Part shown: positions 8,067-16,349 of the stretch, piece by piece
Position numbering within the stretch: position 1 is the stretch's first letter
Layout of the letters: each line of letters begins with the position of its first letter
Assembly: GCA_040767085.1 (NCBI GenBank)
Contig: JAXGPF010000022.1
Span: forward strand, 1-31,148
DNA: 31,148 nt
Direction of reading: 5' to 3'
Origin: Kiritimatiellia bacterium
GTDB lineage: Bacteria; Verrucomicrobiota; Kiritimatiellia; JAAZAB01
Made by a program: the position numbers and the translations under genes
The notes under the pieces: model-generated
Told to the model about the DNA's origin: nothing
Databases searched by the model: none
What the model saw: only the letters and a program-made list of their open reading frames with translations

Positions 8067-9467
8067 ATGCACAAAAAACAGGCGGCATCAACCATGGCGG
8101 TTTGCGGCATTTTTTTCGCGGCGCTGTCATGCGCAACCGGCGCAAATCCTGACCCGGCCAATTCCATGCCCGCCCGCAAGGTGGTTTTGAAAACCGCGCC
8201 CAGCGATGGCCGGCTGTTCCGCATCCCGCCGCCCGTTCGATACCGCGCCGGCGCGCCCAAATCGGCATCCTTCACCATCAAATATCTGGCGGCGGGCGAA
8301 ACCAACATCTTCGGCGACACCTGCATCGGCTGGCCGGAAAACGCCAAGGCGGCTTTCTCATATGCCGCCAATATCTGGGGCTCTTTGTTGAATTCGCCGG
8401 TCCCCATCTCCATTAACGCCTGCTGGGCCAACATGACGCCGGCGAATGTGCTGGGGCATGGCGGCGCCAGCAAGTTAATCAGGGACTTTGCCGGCGCGCC
8501 GAGCGCCGGCACTTTTTACCCGGTAAGCATTGCCAATGCCTGCGCCACCACCGACCTGCTGCCCGGGAACGAAAAGATCGTCATAGCTTATAACGCCCAG
8601 CAACCCTGGTATCTCGGCACGGACGGCAATTGTCCGCAAGGCCAATACGACTTCGCCACCGTGATCATGCACGAAATATGCCATGGGCTGGGTTTCCTGG
8701 GCACCTGGGATTATGACGATGAAACCAACCAGGGCGCCTGGGGTGAAGCAGGCGTTCCGCTGGCCTTTGACCGGTTTATCATTAACGGATCATCGCAATA
8801 TTTGCTCGACACCGCCTTGTTTGCCAATCCGTCAGTCGCGCTGGGCGCGCAATTGACCGGCGACAACCTGTTCTTTGCCGGTATTTGCTCGGCATTTGCC
8901 AATGGCGGCATTCCACCTTCCATTTACGCTCCATCGGAATGGAGCGACGGATCGAGCGCCTGCCATTTGGGCGAAATTTTCCGCGGCACGCCAAACGCCA
9001 TGATGGTTTATTCCTTCCCGGACGGATATTCAATCCATAATCCCGGCGCCATCACCATGGGGTTGCTCACGGACATCGGCTGGACCGTTGGCGCGGCGCC
9101 GCGCGCCTACATTGGTATCAACGGTTCCCTGGACAACCTGACGCTGTCAACCGCCGATCCGCTGCTGGTGCAAATCGCGCTCATGCCGGGCGATAATGCG
9201 CCAGCCGTCAAGGATTGGTGGCTGGCCGCCGACACCTCGATTGGCGCTTATCAGTATACAGTCGCCTCCGGCTGGCAATCCATCCCGAACCTTGCAGCCG
9301 TGCAGCCTGCATATCAGGGCTCGCTGTTCGAGCTGCCCGCCACCAGCGTGCTGTCAATGCCGTCGTTGCCGCCGGGAACATACACTTTTTATTTCGGCGT
9401 GGATGCCATGAATGGCAAGGTTGATCCTCACGTGATTTTTGGCTCGATAACCGCAACCGTCCAGTGA
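8067..9467 (+). CDS. Secreted zinc metalloprotease (HExxH) with a C-terminal beta-rich domain
   Basis: Signal-peptide-like N terminus, HEICHGLGF zincin motif, later YAPSEW.DGSS..HL and MM motifs, and a distinct C-terminal domain of about 120 aa. Confidence 0.8.
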   Translation: MHKKQAASTMAVCGIFFAALSCATGANPDPANSMPARKVVLKTAPSDGRLFRIPPPVRYRAGAPKSASFTIKYLAAGETNIFGDTCIGWPENAKAAFSYAANIWGSLLNSPVPISINACWANMTPANVLGHGGASKLIRDFAGAPSAGTFYPVSIANACATTDLLPGNEKIVIAYNAQQPWYLGTDGNCPQGQYDFATVIMHEICHGLGFLGTWDYDDETNQGAWGEAGVPLAFDRFIINGSSQYLLDTALFANPSVALGAQLTGDNLFFAGICSAFANGGIPPSIYAPSEWSDGSSACHLGEIFRGTPNAMMVYSFPDGYSIHNPGAITMGLLTDIGWTVGAAPRAYIGINGSLDNLTLSTADPLLVQIALMPGDNAPAVKDWWLAADTSIGAYQYTVASGWQSIPNLAAVQPAYQGSLFELPATSVLSMPSLPPGTYTFYFGVDAMNGKVDPHVIFGSITATVQ

Positions 9468-9622
9468 GTAATGATTCTCCAGCATTGCTGCTGGGCGTTG
9501 ACATCGGCGGCGTCAAACTCTCGGCATCGGTCCGCGCCGCAAACGGCCGGATTCTCGCCGCGCAGCTTGACCTCAAATCTTTCGCTGAACTGATGCAACG
9601 CGCCCAGTCATCAGCCAATTGA
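9464..9622 (+). pseudogene. ROK family/glucokinase N-terminal stub (52 aa)
   Basis: The GTG overlaps the upstream stop (GTGA). It translates as MSNDSPALLLGVDIGGVKLSASVRAANGRILAAQ..., which includes the GVDIGG phosphate-1 motif. Stop at 9620-9622. Confidence 0.65.
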
Positions 9623-9656
9623 CCATGGCCGCGGCGCTGATCCAGGCACCCCCTTT

Positions 9657-11087
9657 ATGCGCACCGGATTTGAACCAGGCGTTTCGCCCTGCGAATGGAT
9701 TCTGCCGCCCGCCGGCGAAATGTCGGTTCCCGCCGTCATTTTCGCCACCCGCCATTTGCTGGATAATCTGGACGCCCGGGTTGTCGAGCAACTGACAAAT
9801 ATCGCGACGCTGCCCGGAATTGTCACGGCCGCATTCGCCATGCCGGACGCTCACCAGGGTTACGGATTCCCCATCGGCGGCGTGGCGGCGTTCGATCCGC
9901 GACAAGGCGGAGTGGTGTCCGCCGGCGGCGTGGGCTTCGACATTGCCTGCGGCGTGCGCACCCTGTTGACCGGCTTGGCCGTATCGGATGTAATGGCACA
10001 CCGTGAATCCTTGGGCGCCGCCCTGGCGGCCGCCGTGCCGGCCGGAGTCGCCAGCCGCGGCCATATCAGCTTGAATGCGGCGGAAATGGACGGCATGCTG
10101 GCCGGCGGCGCCGCATGGGCGGTGCGGCGGGGCCATGGCGAACGCCGCGATCTGGAGCGCATTGAATCTCACGGCGTTGTGCCTGACGCCGATCCCGCCA
10201 TGATTTCGCCGCACGCCCGCAAACGCCAGCAGGATGAAATGGGCACGCTGGGCTCGGGCAACCATTACCTGGAAGTTCAACGCGTTGCTGAGATTTTTGA
10301 CCAGAATGCCGCCGCCGCGTTTGGATTGCGCCCGCAGATGGCGGTGGTAAGCATTCATTGCGGCTCGCGCGGCCTGGGACATCAGGTTGCCACCGAATAT
10401 TCGCAATTAATGCTCGCGGCCGGGCGCCGGCACGGATTGCGCTTACCCGACCGCGAATTGGCCTGCGCGCCTGTTGATTCCCGCGAAGGCCGTGATTATT
10501 TGGGCGCCATGCGCGCCGCGGCCAACTGCGCGCTGGCTAACCGCCAGATCATTACCGCGCTTGTCCGCCGGGTGTTTCAGCGCATGTTCCCCGGGGAGGA
10601 GTTGCCGCTCTTGTACGATGTTTCGCACAATTTCTGCCAGGCGGAAACCTTCACGGACGGCGGCGCGCGGCGTGAATTGTACGTCCATCGCAAAGGCGCC
10701 ACCCGCGCCCGCGCCCCCGGCCACCCGGACCTCCCGCCGGAATTCCAGGCCGTCGGCCAGCCGGTGCTGGTGGGCGGCTCGATGGGAAGTTCATCCTACG
10801 TGCTGGCGGGCGCACCCGGCAATGAAACCATCGCTTTCGCCTCGGCCTGCCATGGCGCCGGCCGGCGGATGAGCCGCAGCCAGGCGCGCAAGCAATGGCG
10901 GGGCGCGGAAGTGGCGCGCGAACTGGCGCGCATGGGAATCGCCGCTCTCGGCCAGTCGCAAGCCGGGCTGGCCGAGGAGGCGCCCGGGGCCTACAAAAAT
11001 ATCGAGGATGTCGTTGAAGCTACAGCCGGCGCCGGCTTGGTTCGCCGCGTCGCCCGGCTGGAACCGATTCTGTGCGTGAAAGGCTGA
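9657..11087 (+). CDS. rtcB: RNA-splicing/repair ligase RtcB
   Basis: MPDAHQGYGFPIG, GFDIACG, GSGNHYLE, HCGSRGLG, SHN, HRKGAT, GSMG, HGAGR, EEAP.AYK and C-terminal VKG motifs are all intact. Confidence 0.96.
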   Translation: MRTGFEPGVSPCEWILPPAGEMSVPAVIFATRHLLDNLDARVVEQLTNIATLPGIVTAAFAMPDAHQGYGFPIGGVAAFDPRQGGVVSAGGVGFDIACGVRTLLTGLAVSDVMAHRESLGAALAAAVPAGVASRGHISLNAAEMDGMLAGGAAWAVRRGHGERRDLERIESHGVVPDADPAMISPHARKRQQDEMGTLGSGNHYLEVQRVAEIFDQNAAAAFGLRPQMAVVSIHCGSRGLGHQVATEYSQLMLAAGRRHGLRLPDRELACAPVDSREGRDYLGAMRAAANCALANRQIITALVRRVFQRMFPGEELPLLYDVSHNFCQAETFTDGGARRELYVHRKGATRARAPGHPDLPPEFQAVGQPVLVGGSMGSSSYVLAGAPGNETIAFASACHGAGRRMSRSQARKQWRGAEVARELARMGIAALGQSQAGLAEEAPGAYKNIEDVVEATAGAGLVRRVARLEPILCVKG

Positions 11088-11101
11088 GCCGCCCGGCCGC
11101 G

Positions 11102-13372
11102 TCAATCTCCCGGAAAGAGCACTTCCCTTGCGGCATAGCCGGAACCGGACAGCAGAATCAGCCAGCGGCCGCCGGCGCGTCCGCAAATGGCGGGATCGGC
11201 CAGGCCGTCGCCGTCATAATCGCCGGCCGCCGGCAGGTATGCCGGCCCGCCCAGCGACAGCGCAACCGGCTGGTAATGCTGCGCTGACAGCATGACGCTC
11301 CACGTTCCGGCATACTGGTAAACTTCCGGATCGCCGCGGCCGTCGCCGTCAAAATCGGCGGCGACCGGCGCGCCGCCGCCGCCGCCGAGCACCGCGCCTT
11401 GCAAGGCGTAATTTTGCCCGGAAAACAACGCCAGCCAGCGGCCTTCGCCGGCAATGTAAAGCGCGGGATCGGCCAGGCCGTCGCCGTCGAAATCCGCCGC
11501 CGCCGGCTGCGCGCCGGGGTAGCCGAACGCGGCATAGGTTGTGGCATAACCGGATCCGGAGAGATTCACGCCCCAGAGGCCGGCGCCATCATGATACAAG
11601 CCCGGATCGGCCCGGCCGTCCCCATCGAAATCCGCCAGCACGGGCTGGCAATCCGGCACGCCGAAATTGAAATTACTGACCCCGCCGGCCAGCCGCACTG
11701 ACCAGGCGCATGTTTCAACCCGGTACAGCGCCAGGGCCGCCCGGCCGATGCCGTCATAATCGCCCAGCAGCGGATATTGGGCCGGCGGCGCCGGCGGGCC
11801 GGCGCCGATAAAATCCACGCCGGCCTGGTTGCCGGAAAAATTCCCGTAATCCGCCGAGGCGCCGGTCTGCACGTTGCGCGCCGCAAACACGTACCCGCTT
11901 TTGGCGGGCACAATGGTAAAGCCGGCGTTCGCCGGCACGCCGGCGAAGGCGTAAATGCCGCGGGGGTTGGAATACACCTGCCAGTTGCCGCCATGATGGC
12001 ATGCGGCGGACACCTGGGCCCCGGCGATCGGATTGCCGTATTCGTCGGCCAGCCGGCCGCTGATGATCTCGCCGCCGCCGGCGGGGAAGATGTTGTAGAG
12101 GCAGGTATCCACGCAGTCGAATGACAAGATGGCATCAATCACGGGCAGGGCATACCAGGCGTTCTGCGCCGCGTTATCGGCCCCCCACCCCATGTTCAAA
12201 TGATGGTAGATCGTGCCCAGGTCATACCCATAACCGTCGCAGACAATCGCATGATAGCCGCCATCCCCGGACACGCTGAAGAGCACCGGCAACCCGGCGT
12301 CCAGGTTGGCGTTGGCCATGCCCAGCAAGCCCATGCCGATAAAATCAAAATTATTCCAGCCGTAAACGACATTGCTGAAATAAAAAACATTTTTCAGCGA
12401 TTGCATCGCCAGGTAAATATCGGCGCCGGAACCCATCGGGCCGTAACGCATGCCGACGGAAATGCCGGCGTCATGGCACAGGGCGCCGATGGCCTGGCGC
12501 TGGAGCGCGGGAGTGTTGCCATCCGGGTTGACCGGCATCAGTTCCCAGTTGTAAGGGCCGCCGTTCCCATCGCCGCCCAGGATGGTCAACGTCTGGTAGG
12601 GGTTGGGATCATGCTCCACCACCACTTCAAATTGGCGGGCTCCCACCGCCGCCGTTGGATAGCGATGGTAGCGCATCAACTGCGCCATGGCCGTGGCCAC
12701 GCACCCGCAAGGATAATGGTTCGGAGTAAAATAATTGTAGCAAAGCTCGGAGCCTTCCCGCTTCTGGTCCCAGGCGGTCTGGAGGAGCGGCGGAACACGC
12801 TGGTCGGAAATCTGCGCGGCTTGGGCGCGGACCGGATGCGCCGCCCATTGCGCCAGCAGTTGCCATTTGCGCCGCGGCCCTTCCGCCGCGGCGACGCGGG
12901 CCGGGGTGTCCAGTTGCGCCAGCCGGCGCCGGCGCGCCCGCAAGTCCCGGCGCGCCAGGGTTGTCAGCGGATTTTCCGGTGCGTAAACCAGGCGGCCGGC
13001 GCCGGCCGCCGCCAGCACAGGCTCCAGGCAATCGTCGGCCGGCGCCAGCAGGAAACCCTGCGGCCGCAAAACGACCACGAATCCCAGGTCTTCCCACGGC
13101 GTAACGGACTGCACGGCCGCCCCGGGCGGCAGTTCCAGCGCCGCATGCCCGGCGCGCAGCCAGCCTTCCGCCATCAGGCGGACTTGCGTTTCGGAGACCG
13201 GGTCAGCCCCGAGGATCGCCGCCTGGAACAGCAGCATAACGGCCGGAATGACCGCGCTCCCGCGCCGCCAGACAAGCGGCTCCGCCGGAGGCGTCGCCCT
13301 ACCAATCGCAGCCGGGATGCGCGCGCTCCCGCGCCTCCGCCGGTCACACAGCAGTGAGATGCAAGCACGCAT
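11102..13372 (-). CDS. C10 (streptopain-like) cysteine peptidase with propeptide, Ig-like linker and C-terminal FG-GAP-like repeats
   Basis: WDQ..YN..P, GCVATAMAQ (catalytic Cys), HAIVCDGY (His) and HLNMGWG motifs. Five D(F/Y)DGxG repeats at the C terminus. GGAGG SD precedes ATG 13372, though the start is uncertain. Confidence 0.88.
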   Translation of the reverse strand: MRACISLLCDRRRRGSARIPAAIGRATPPAEPLVWRRGSAVIPAVMLLFQAAILGADPVSETQVRLMAEGWLRAGHAALELPPGAAVQSVTPWEDLGFVVVLRPQGFLLAPADDCLEPVLAAAGAGRLVYAPENPLTTLARRDLRARRRRLAQLDTPARVAAAEGPRRKWQLLAQWAAHPVRAQAAQISDQRVPPLLQTAWDQKREGSELCYNYFTPNHYPCGCVATAMAQLMRYHRYPTAAVGARQFEVVVEHDPNPYQTLTILGGDGNGGPYNWELMPVNPDGNTPALQRQAIGALCHDAGISVGMRYGPMGSGADIYLAMQSLKNVFYFSNVVYGWNNFDFIGMGLLGMANANLDAGLPVLFSVSGDGGYHAIVCDGYGYDLGTIYHHLNMGWGADNAAQNAWYALPVIDAILSFDCVDTCLYNIFPAGGGEIISGRLADEYGNPIAGAQVSAACHHGGNWQVYSNPRGIYAFAGVPANAGFTIVPAKSGYVFAARNVQTGASADYGNFSGNQAGVDFIGAGPPAPPAQYPLLGDYDGIGRAALALYRVETCAWSVRLAGGVSNFNFGVPDCQPVLADFDGDGRADPGLYHDGAGLWGVNLSGSGYATTYAAFGYPGAQPAAADFDGDGLADPALYIAGEGRWLALFSGQNYALQGAVLGGGGGAPVAADFDGDGRGDPEVYQYAGTWSVMLSAQHYQPVALSLGGPAYLPAAGDYDGDGLADPAICGRAGGRWLILLSGSGYAAREVLFPGD

Positions 13373-13401
13373 ACGACCTCCCGTTTGGCTTTTTATTCTG
13401 C

Positions 13402-14256
13402 TCAAGGGAGGGTGGCGCCGGCCGCGCGCAACTGCGCGGCCACGGCCTCACGCCCCTTGAACTCAGCCCAATGCAGCGGAGTCTGGCCGCGGTTATCGGC
13501 CTGCCGCGGGTCTGCCCCGCGTGCCAGCAACAATTTGACCAGGGGGGCCGCGTCCTCGATCACCGCCTGGTGCAGCGCCGTGAGCCCCAGGCGGTTGGCA
13601 AGTTTCGGGTCCGCGCCGCGGGTCAAAAGCAATTCCGCCATGCCGGTTTGCCCATATTGGGCTGACAGGATCAACGGCGTATCGCCATCCTGATTCGGCG
13701 CGTTGACCGCCGCGCCATGCTCGATCAAACACTCGGCGACTTCCAGGCGGCCGTAGCGCGCCGCCGCATGCAACGGCGTCATCCGCGCCGTATCCGCCGC
13801 GTTGACATCCCCCTGCCTTTGCAGCAGGCAGCGCGCCACGCCGACATGCCCGCCGCCGGCGGCATTGTGCAAAGGCGTGCGGCCCCGCAGATTGGCGGCA
13901 TTCACCTCCGCGCCGTGCGCCAGCAACATTTCCGCGACGTTCGCATGCCCCTGATGCGCCGCCAGGTGCAACGGGACGGCGCCGGCGGCATTCCGGGCAT
14001 TCACCTCCGCGCCGGCGGCCAACAGCAATTCCACGCATTGCAGATGACCGCCCCCGGCCGCCCAATGCAACGGCAGATGGCCGCTGGCATCTTGCCGGTT
14101 GACCATGGCGGGATCGGCGGCCAGCAGCCGGCGGATTTCCCCGGCATCCCCGGTTTGGGCCGCCGCATGCAGCGCCAAAGGCCGTTCCTCATCCGCGCCG
14201 CCCCGCGCCATCCCCAGCAGCAGCAACCATCCGCAAATCCAGAAAACGCGCCGCAT
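13402..14256 (-). CDS. Secreted ankyrin-repeat protein (about 8 repeats)
   Basis: Repeated TPLHxAAxxGHxxxxxxLLxxGAxVN units, signal peptide MRRVFWICGWLLLLGMARGGA, and a GGAG SD before ATG 14256. Confidence 0.92.
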   Translation of the reverse strand: MRRVFWICGWLLLLGMARGGADEERPLALHAAAQTGDAGEIRRLLAADPAMVNRQDASGHLPLHWAAGGGHLQCVELLLAAGAEVNARNAAGAVPLHLAAHQGHANVAEMLLAHGAEVNAANLRGRTPLHNAAGGGHVGVARCLLQRQGDVNAADTARMTPLHAAARYGRLEVAECLIEHGAAVNAPNQDGDTPLILSAQYGQTGMAELLLTRGADPKLANRLGLTALHQAVIEDAAPLVKLLLARGADPRQADNRGQTPLHWAEFKGREAVAAQLRAAGATLP

Positions 14257-14458
14257 ATTCAAGCTCCCGGTAAATACCCGCGCCAAGCATGCAAGTTCGG
14301 GCCAGCCCGCGCCGGCCCCGGAAATCCGCCTATCCCGTCAATATATTTAGTCCGGCCAGGCGGTTTGTCAAGCGCATTTACCGCGCCGCGCAATCAGAAG
14401 AAAACAGTTTGTCAAAACTGCGCGATTACGTTAAATTATCCTCACGAATTTTTCGAGC

Positions 14459-15052
14459 ATGCCACTTATGTCAACATCCGCAAACAGTAAATACCCAACT
14501 TCACCTCCCGATACGTTGGCTGTCAGGGAGCGCGACATCGAGGATGAGTTCATCGAGAAGTTGTGCAACTTAAAATACACTCATCGCCCCGACATCCGGG
14601 ACCGCGCTTGTCTCGAACGTAACTTCCGCCAGAAGTTCGAGGCCCTCAACCGCGTCAAGCTCACCGACGGCGAGTTCCAGCGCCTTCTTGACGAATTGAT
14701 CACTCCTGATGTCTTCGCCGCCGCCCGCGTCCCACGCGAGAAGAACGACTTCACCCGCGACGACGGCACCCCGCTTTCGTACACCCTCGTCAACATCCGG
14801 GATTGGTGCAAGAACGACTTCGAGGTCGTCCACCAGCTCCGCATCAACACCGACTACAGCCACCACCGCTTCGACGTCATCCTCCTCATCAACGGCGTCC
14901 CCGTTGTCCAGGTCGAACTCAAGACTCTCGGCGTCAGCCCGCGCCGCGCCATGGAGCAAGTCGTCGAGTACAAGCAAGACCCCGGCAACGGCTACACCCG
15001 CAAGCAGGGGCTCATGCAGCAGCTTTTCCCGTCGCCGGAGGTTGGGGTATGA
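14459..15052 (+). pseudogene. hsdR: Type I restriction HsdR N-terminal nuclease domain fused in frame to the extreme C terminus of HsdS
   Basis: RFDVILLINGVPVVQVELK nuclease motif, RRAMEQVVEYK and DPGNGYT of HsdR, then an abrupt switch to KQGLMQQLFP, a typical HsdS C terminus. The helicase domains are absent. Confidence 0.82.
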
Positions 15053-15437
15053 GCTTTGATCCGGCGTTGCATCATCGCCGAAGCATCCGGCTGAGGGGGC
15101 ATGATTATGCCGGGGGCGGAGTGTATTTTGTCACGATCTGCGCGCATCGGGAATTCATCGATTTTGCGAAGGGCAATCCTTTTGGGGCGGTGCGGGAAGG
15201 GGCGACATGCGTGTCGCCCGTACGGGGGATCATTGCGGAGGAATGGCGCCGGGGTGGCGAGATTCGCGATGATGTATTTCCCGGCGAATTCGTGGTGATG
15301 CCTGATCATTTTCATGGATTGATCCGCATTCAAAAGGGCCAATCCGAATTGGGCCATGTCATCGGCGCATTCAAAGCCGCCGCATCCCGCCGCATCCGTG
15401 GTACGGGCGCGGCGCTCCGCGCCCCTGTCGCCCATAC
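15049..15437 (+). pseudogene. REP-associated tyrosine transposase (RAYT, HUH Y1), 3'-truncated
   Basis: RRSIRLRGHDY...YFVTIC, VVMPDHFHGLI (HUH) and IGAFKAAASRRI motifs. The WQRNYYEHIIR segment with the catalytic region is missing. ATGA overlap with the upstream stop. Confidence 0.82.
15200..15437. repeat. REP-like hairpins with a GTAC foot
   Basis: GGGCGACA-TGCG-TGTCGCCC-GTAC (15200-15223), GTAC-GGGCGCGG-CGCT-CCGCGCCC (15401-15424) and a half copy TGTCGCCCATAC (15426-15437). Confidence 0.65.
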
Positions 15438-15439
15438 CG

Positions 15440-15763
15440 CTGCCCCAAGCGGATGTCTATTTCGGCGGCTGGCATTCGCCGAAAGAGCAAGAGATATTGG
15501 ACTGGCTGCTGAAAAACGGCCGGCGGGTAATTGCCTGCCCGGCTTGGGGAATTGAGGATGCCGCGTTTGCCCCGGGCGTTCGTAAGGCGCTCGAAGAAAA
15601 CCGGATGCTGATCCTTGAAATGCGGGATGTTTCCGGCAACCTGGCGGCAGCCGAGGCGCGAAACCGATTTGTCATTGAGCATGCCGATACGCTATTCACG
15701 CCCTATGTTACACCGGGCGGAATGCTGGACCGGCTGTTGAAAGAAGTTTCGAAAGCAAATTGA
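15440..15763 (+). pseudogene. DprA/SMF (SLOG)-like domain fragment
   Basis: FGGWHSPKEQEILDWLL...VIACPAWGI...AEARNRFVIEHAD..F.PY..PGG resembles DprA-like Rossmann-fold proteins (S(G)FHSP.E, RNR.V...AD). No clear start of its own. Confidence 0.5.
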
Positions 15764-15765
15764 CC

Positions 15766-16218
15766 ATGACTACACAAAACCATCAACAACTGGGCAAAAC
15801 CCTCTGGAACATCGCCGACACCCTCCGCGGCGCGATGAACGCGGACGATTTCCGCGACTACATGCTGGCCTTCCTCTTCCTCCGCTACCTCTCCGACAAT
15901 TACGAGGCCGCCGCGAAAAGGAACTCGGCCGGGACTATCCCGCTATCCCAGCGGGCGATCACCGCGTGTCACTGGCGATCTGGTATGCCAACAACCCCGG
16001 CGACGTGGTGGACTTCGATAAGCAGATGCGGCGCAAGGTCCACTATGTCATCAAGCCGGATCACCTCTGGGCCAATATCGCCAACCTTGCCTGCGGCCAG
16101 GGCCATCATCCTGCCGCATGGCGTCCTCTTCCGCGGCGACGCCGAGGAGCGTATCCGTACCAAACTCCTCCAGGACGGCCATATTGACACCGTCATCGGC
16201 CTGCCCGCCCTGCCGTGA
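15766..16218 (+). pseudogene. hsdM: Type I methyltransferase HsdM, frameshifted and internally deleted
   Basis: LGKTLWNIADTLRGAMNADDFRDYML.FLFLRYLS N terminus. A frameshift at the A-run 15916-15919 leads into ELGRDYP...QMRRKVHYVI in another frame. A jump near 16100 leads to AIILPHGVLFRG...IDTVIGLP. The SAM-binding and NPPY/F motifs are missing. Confidence 0.88.
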
Positions 16219-16256
16219 GGAACTTTGCGTTCTTTGCGGTTTCTGGAATATTTCGA

Positions 16257-16284
16257 TTGCTTTTTAGCGGCCCCGTTGTAATAT
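16257..16284 (+). promoter_or_regulatory. Putative fba operon promoter
   Basis: TTGCTT, 16 nt, TAATAT in an AT-rich patch upstream of fba. Confidence 0.4.
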
Positions 16285-16349
16285 TTATGGCCTTAATTGC
16301 GAAGGAACCCAGTCCTGTCCAACGGCCGCCTCAACGAGAAGGAAAACCC

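Noticed and set aside
9657-11087. Complete rtc RNA-repair operon (rtcA, rtcR, archease, Ro/Y RNA)
   Set aside because: None of these partners, nor any Y RNA-like sequence, is recognisable nearby.
15916-15919. Phase-variable homopolymer switch in hsdM
   Set aside because: The run is only 4 A long, and the gene also lacks its catalytic core, so reversion would not restore function.
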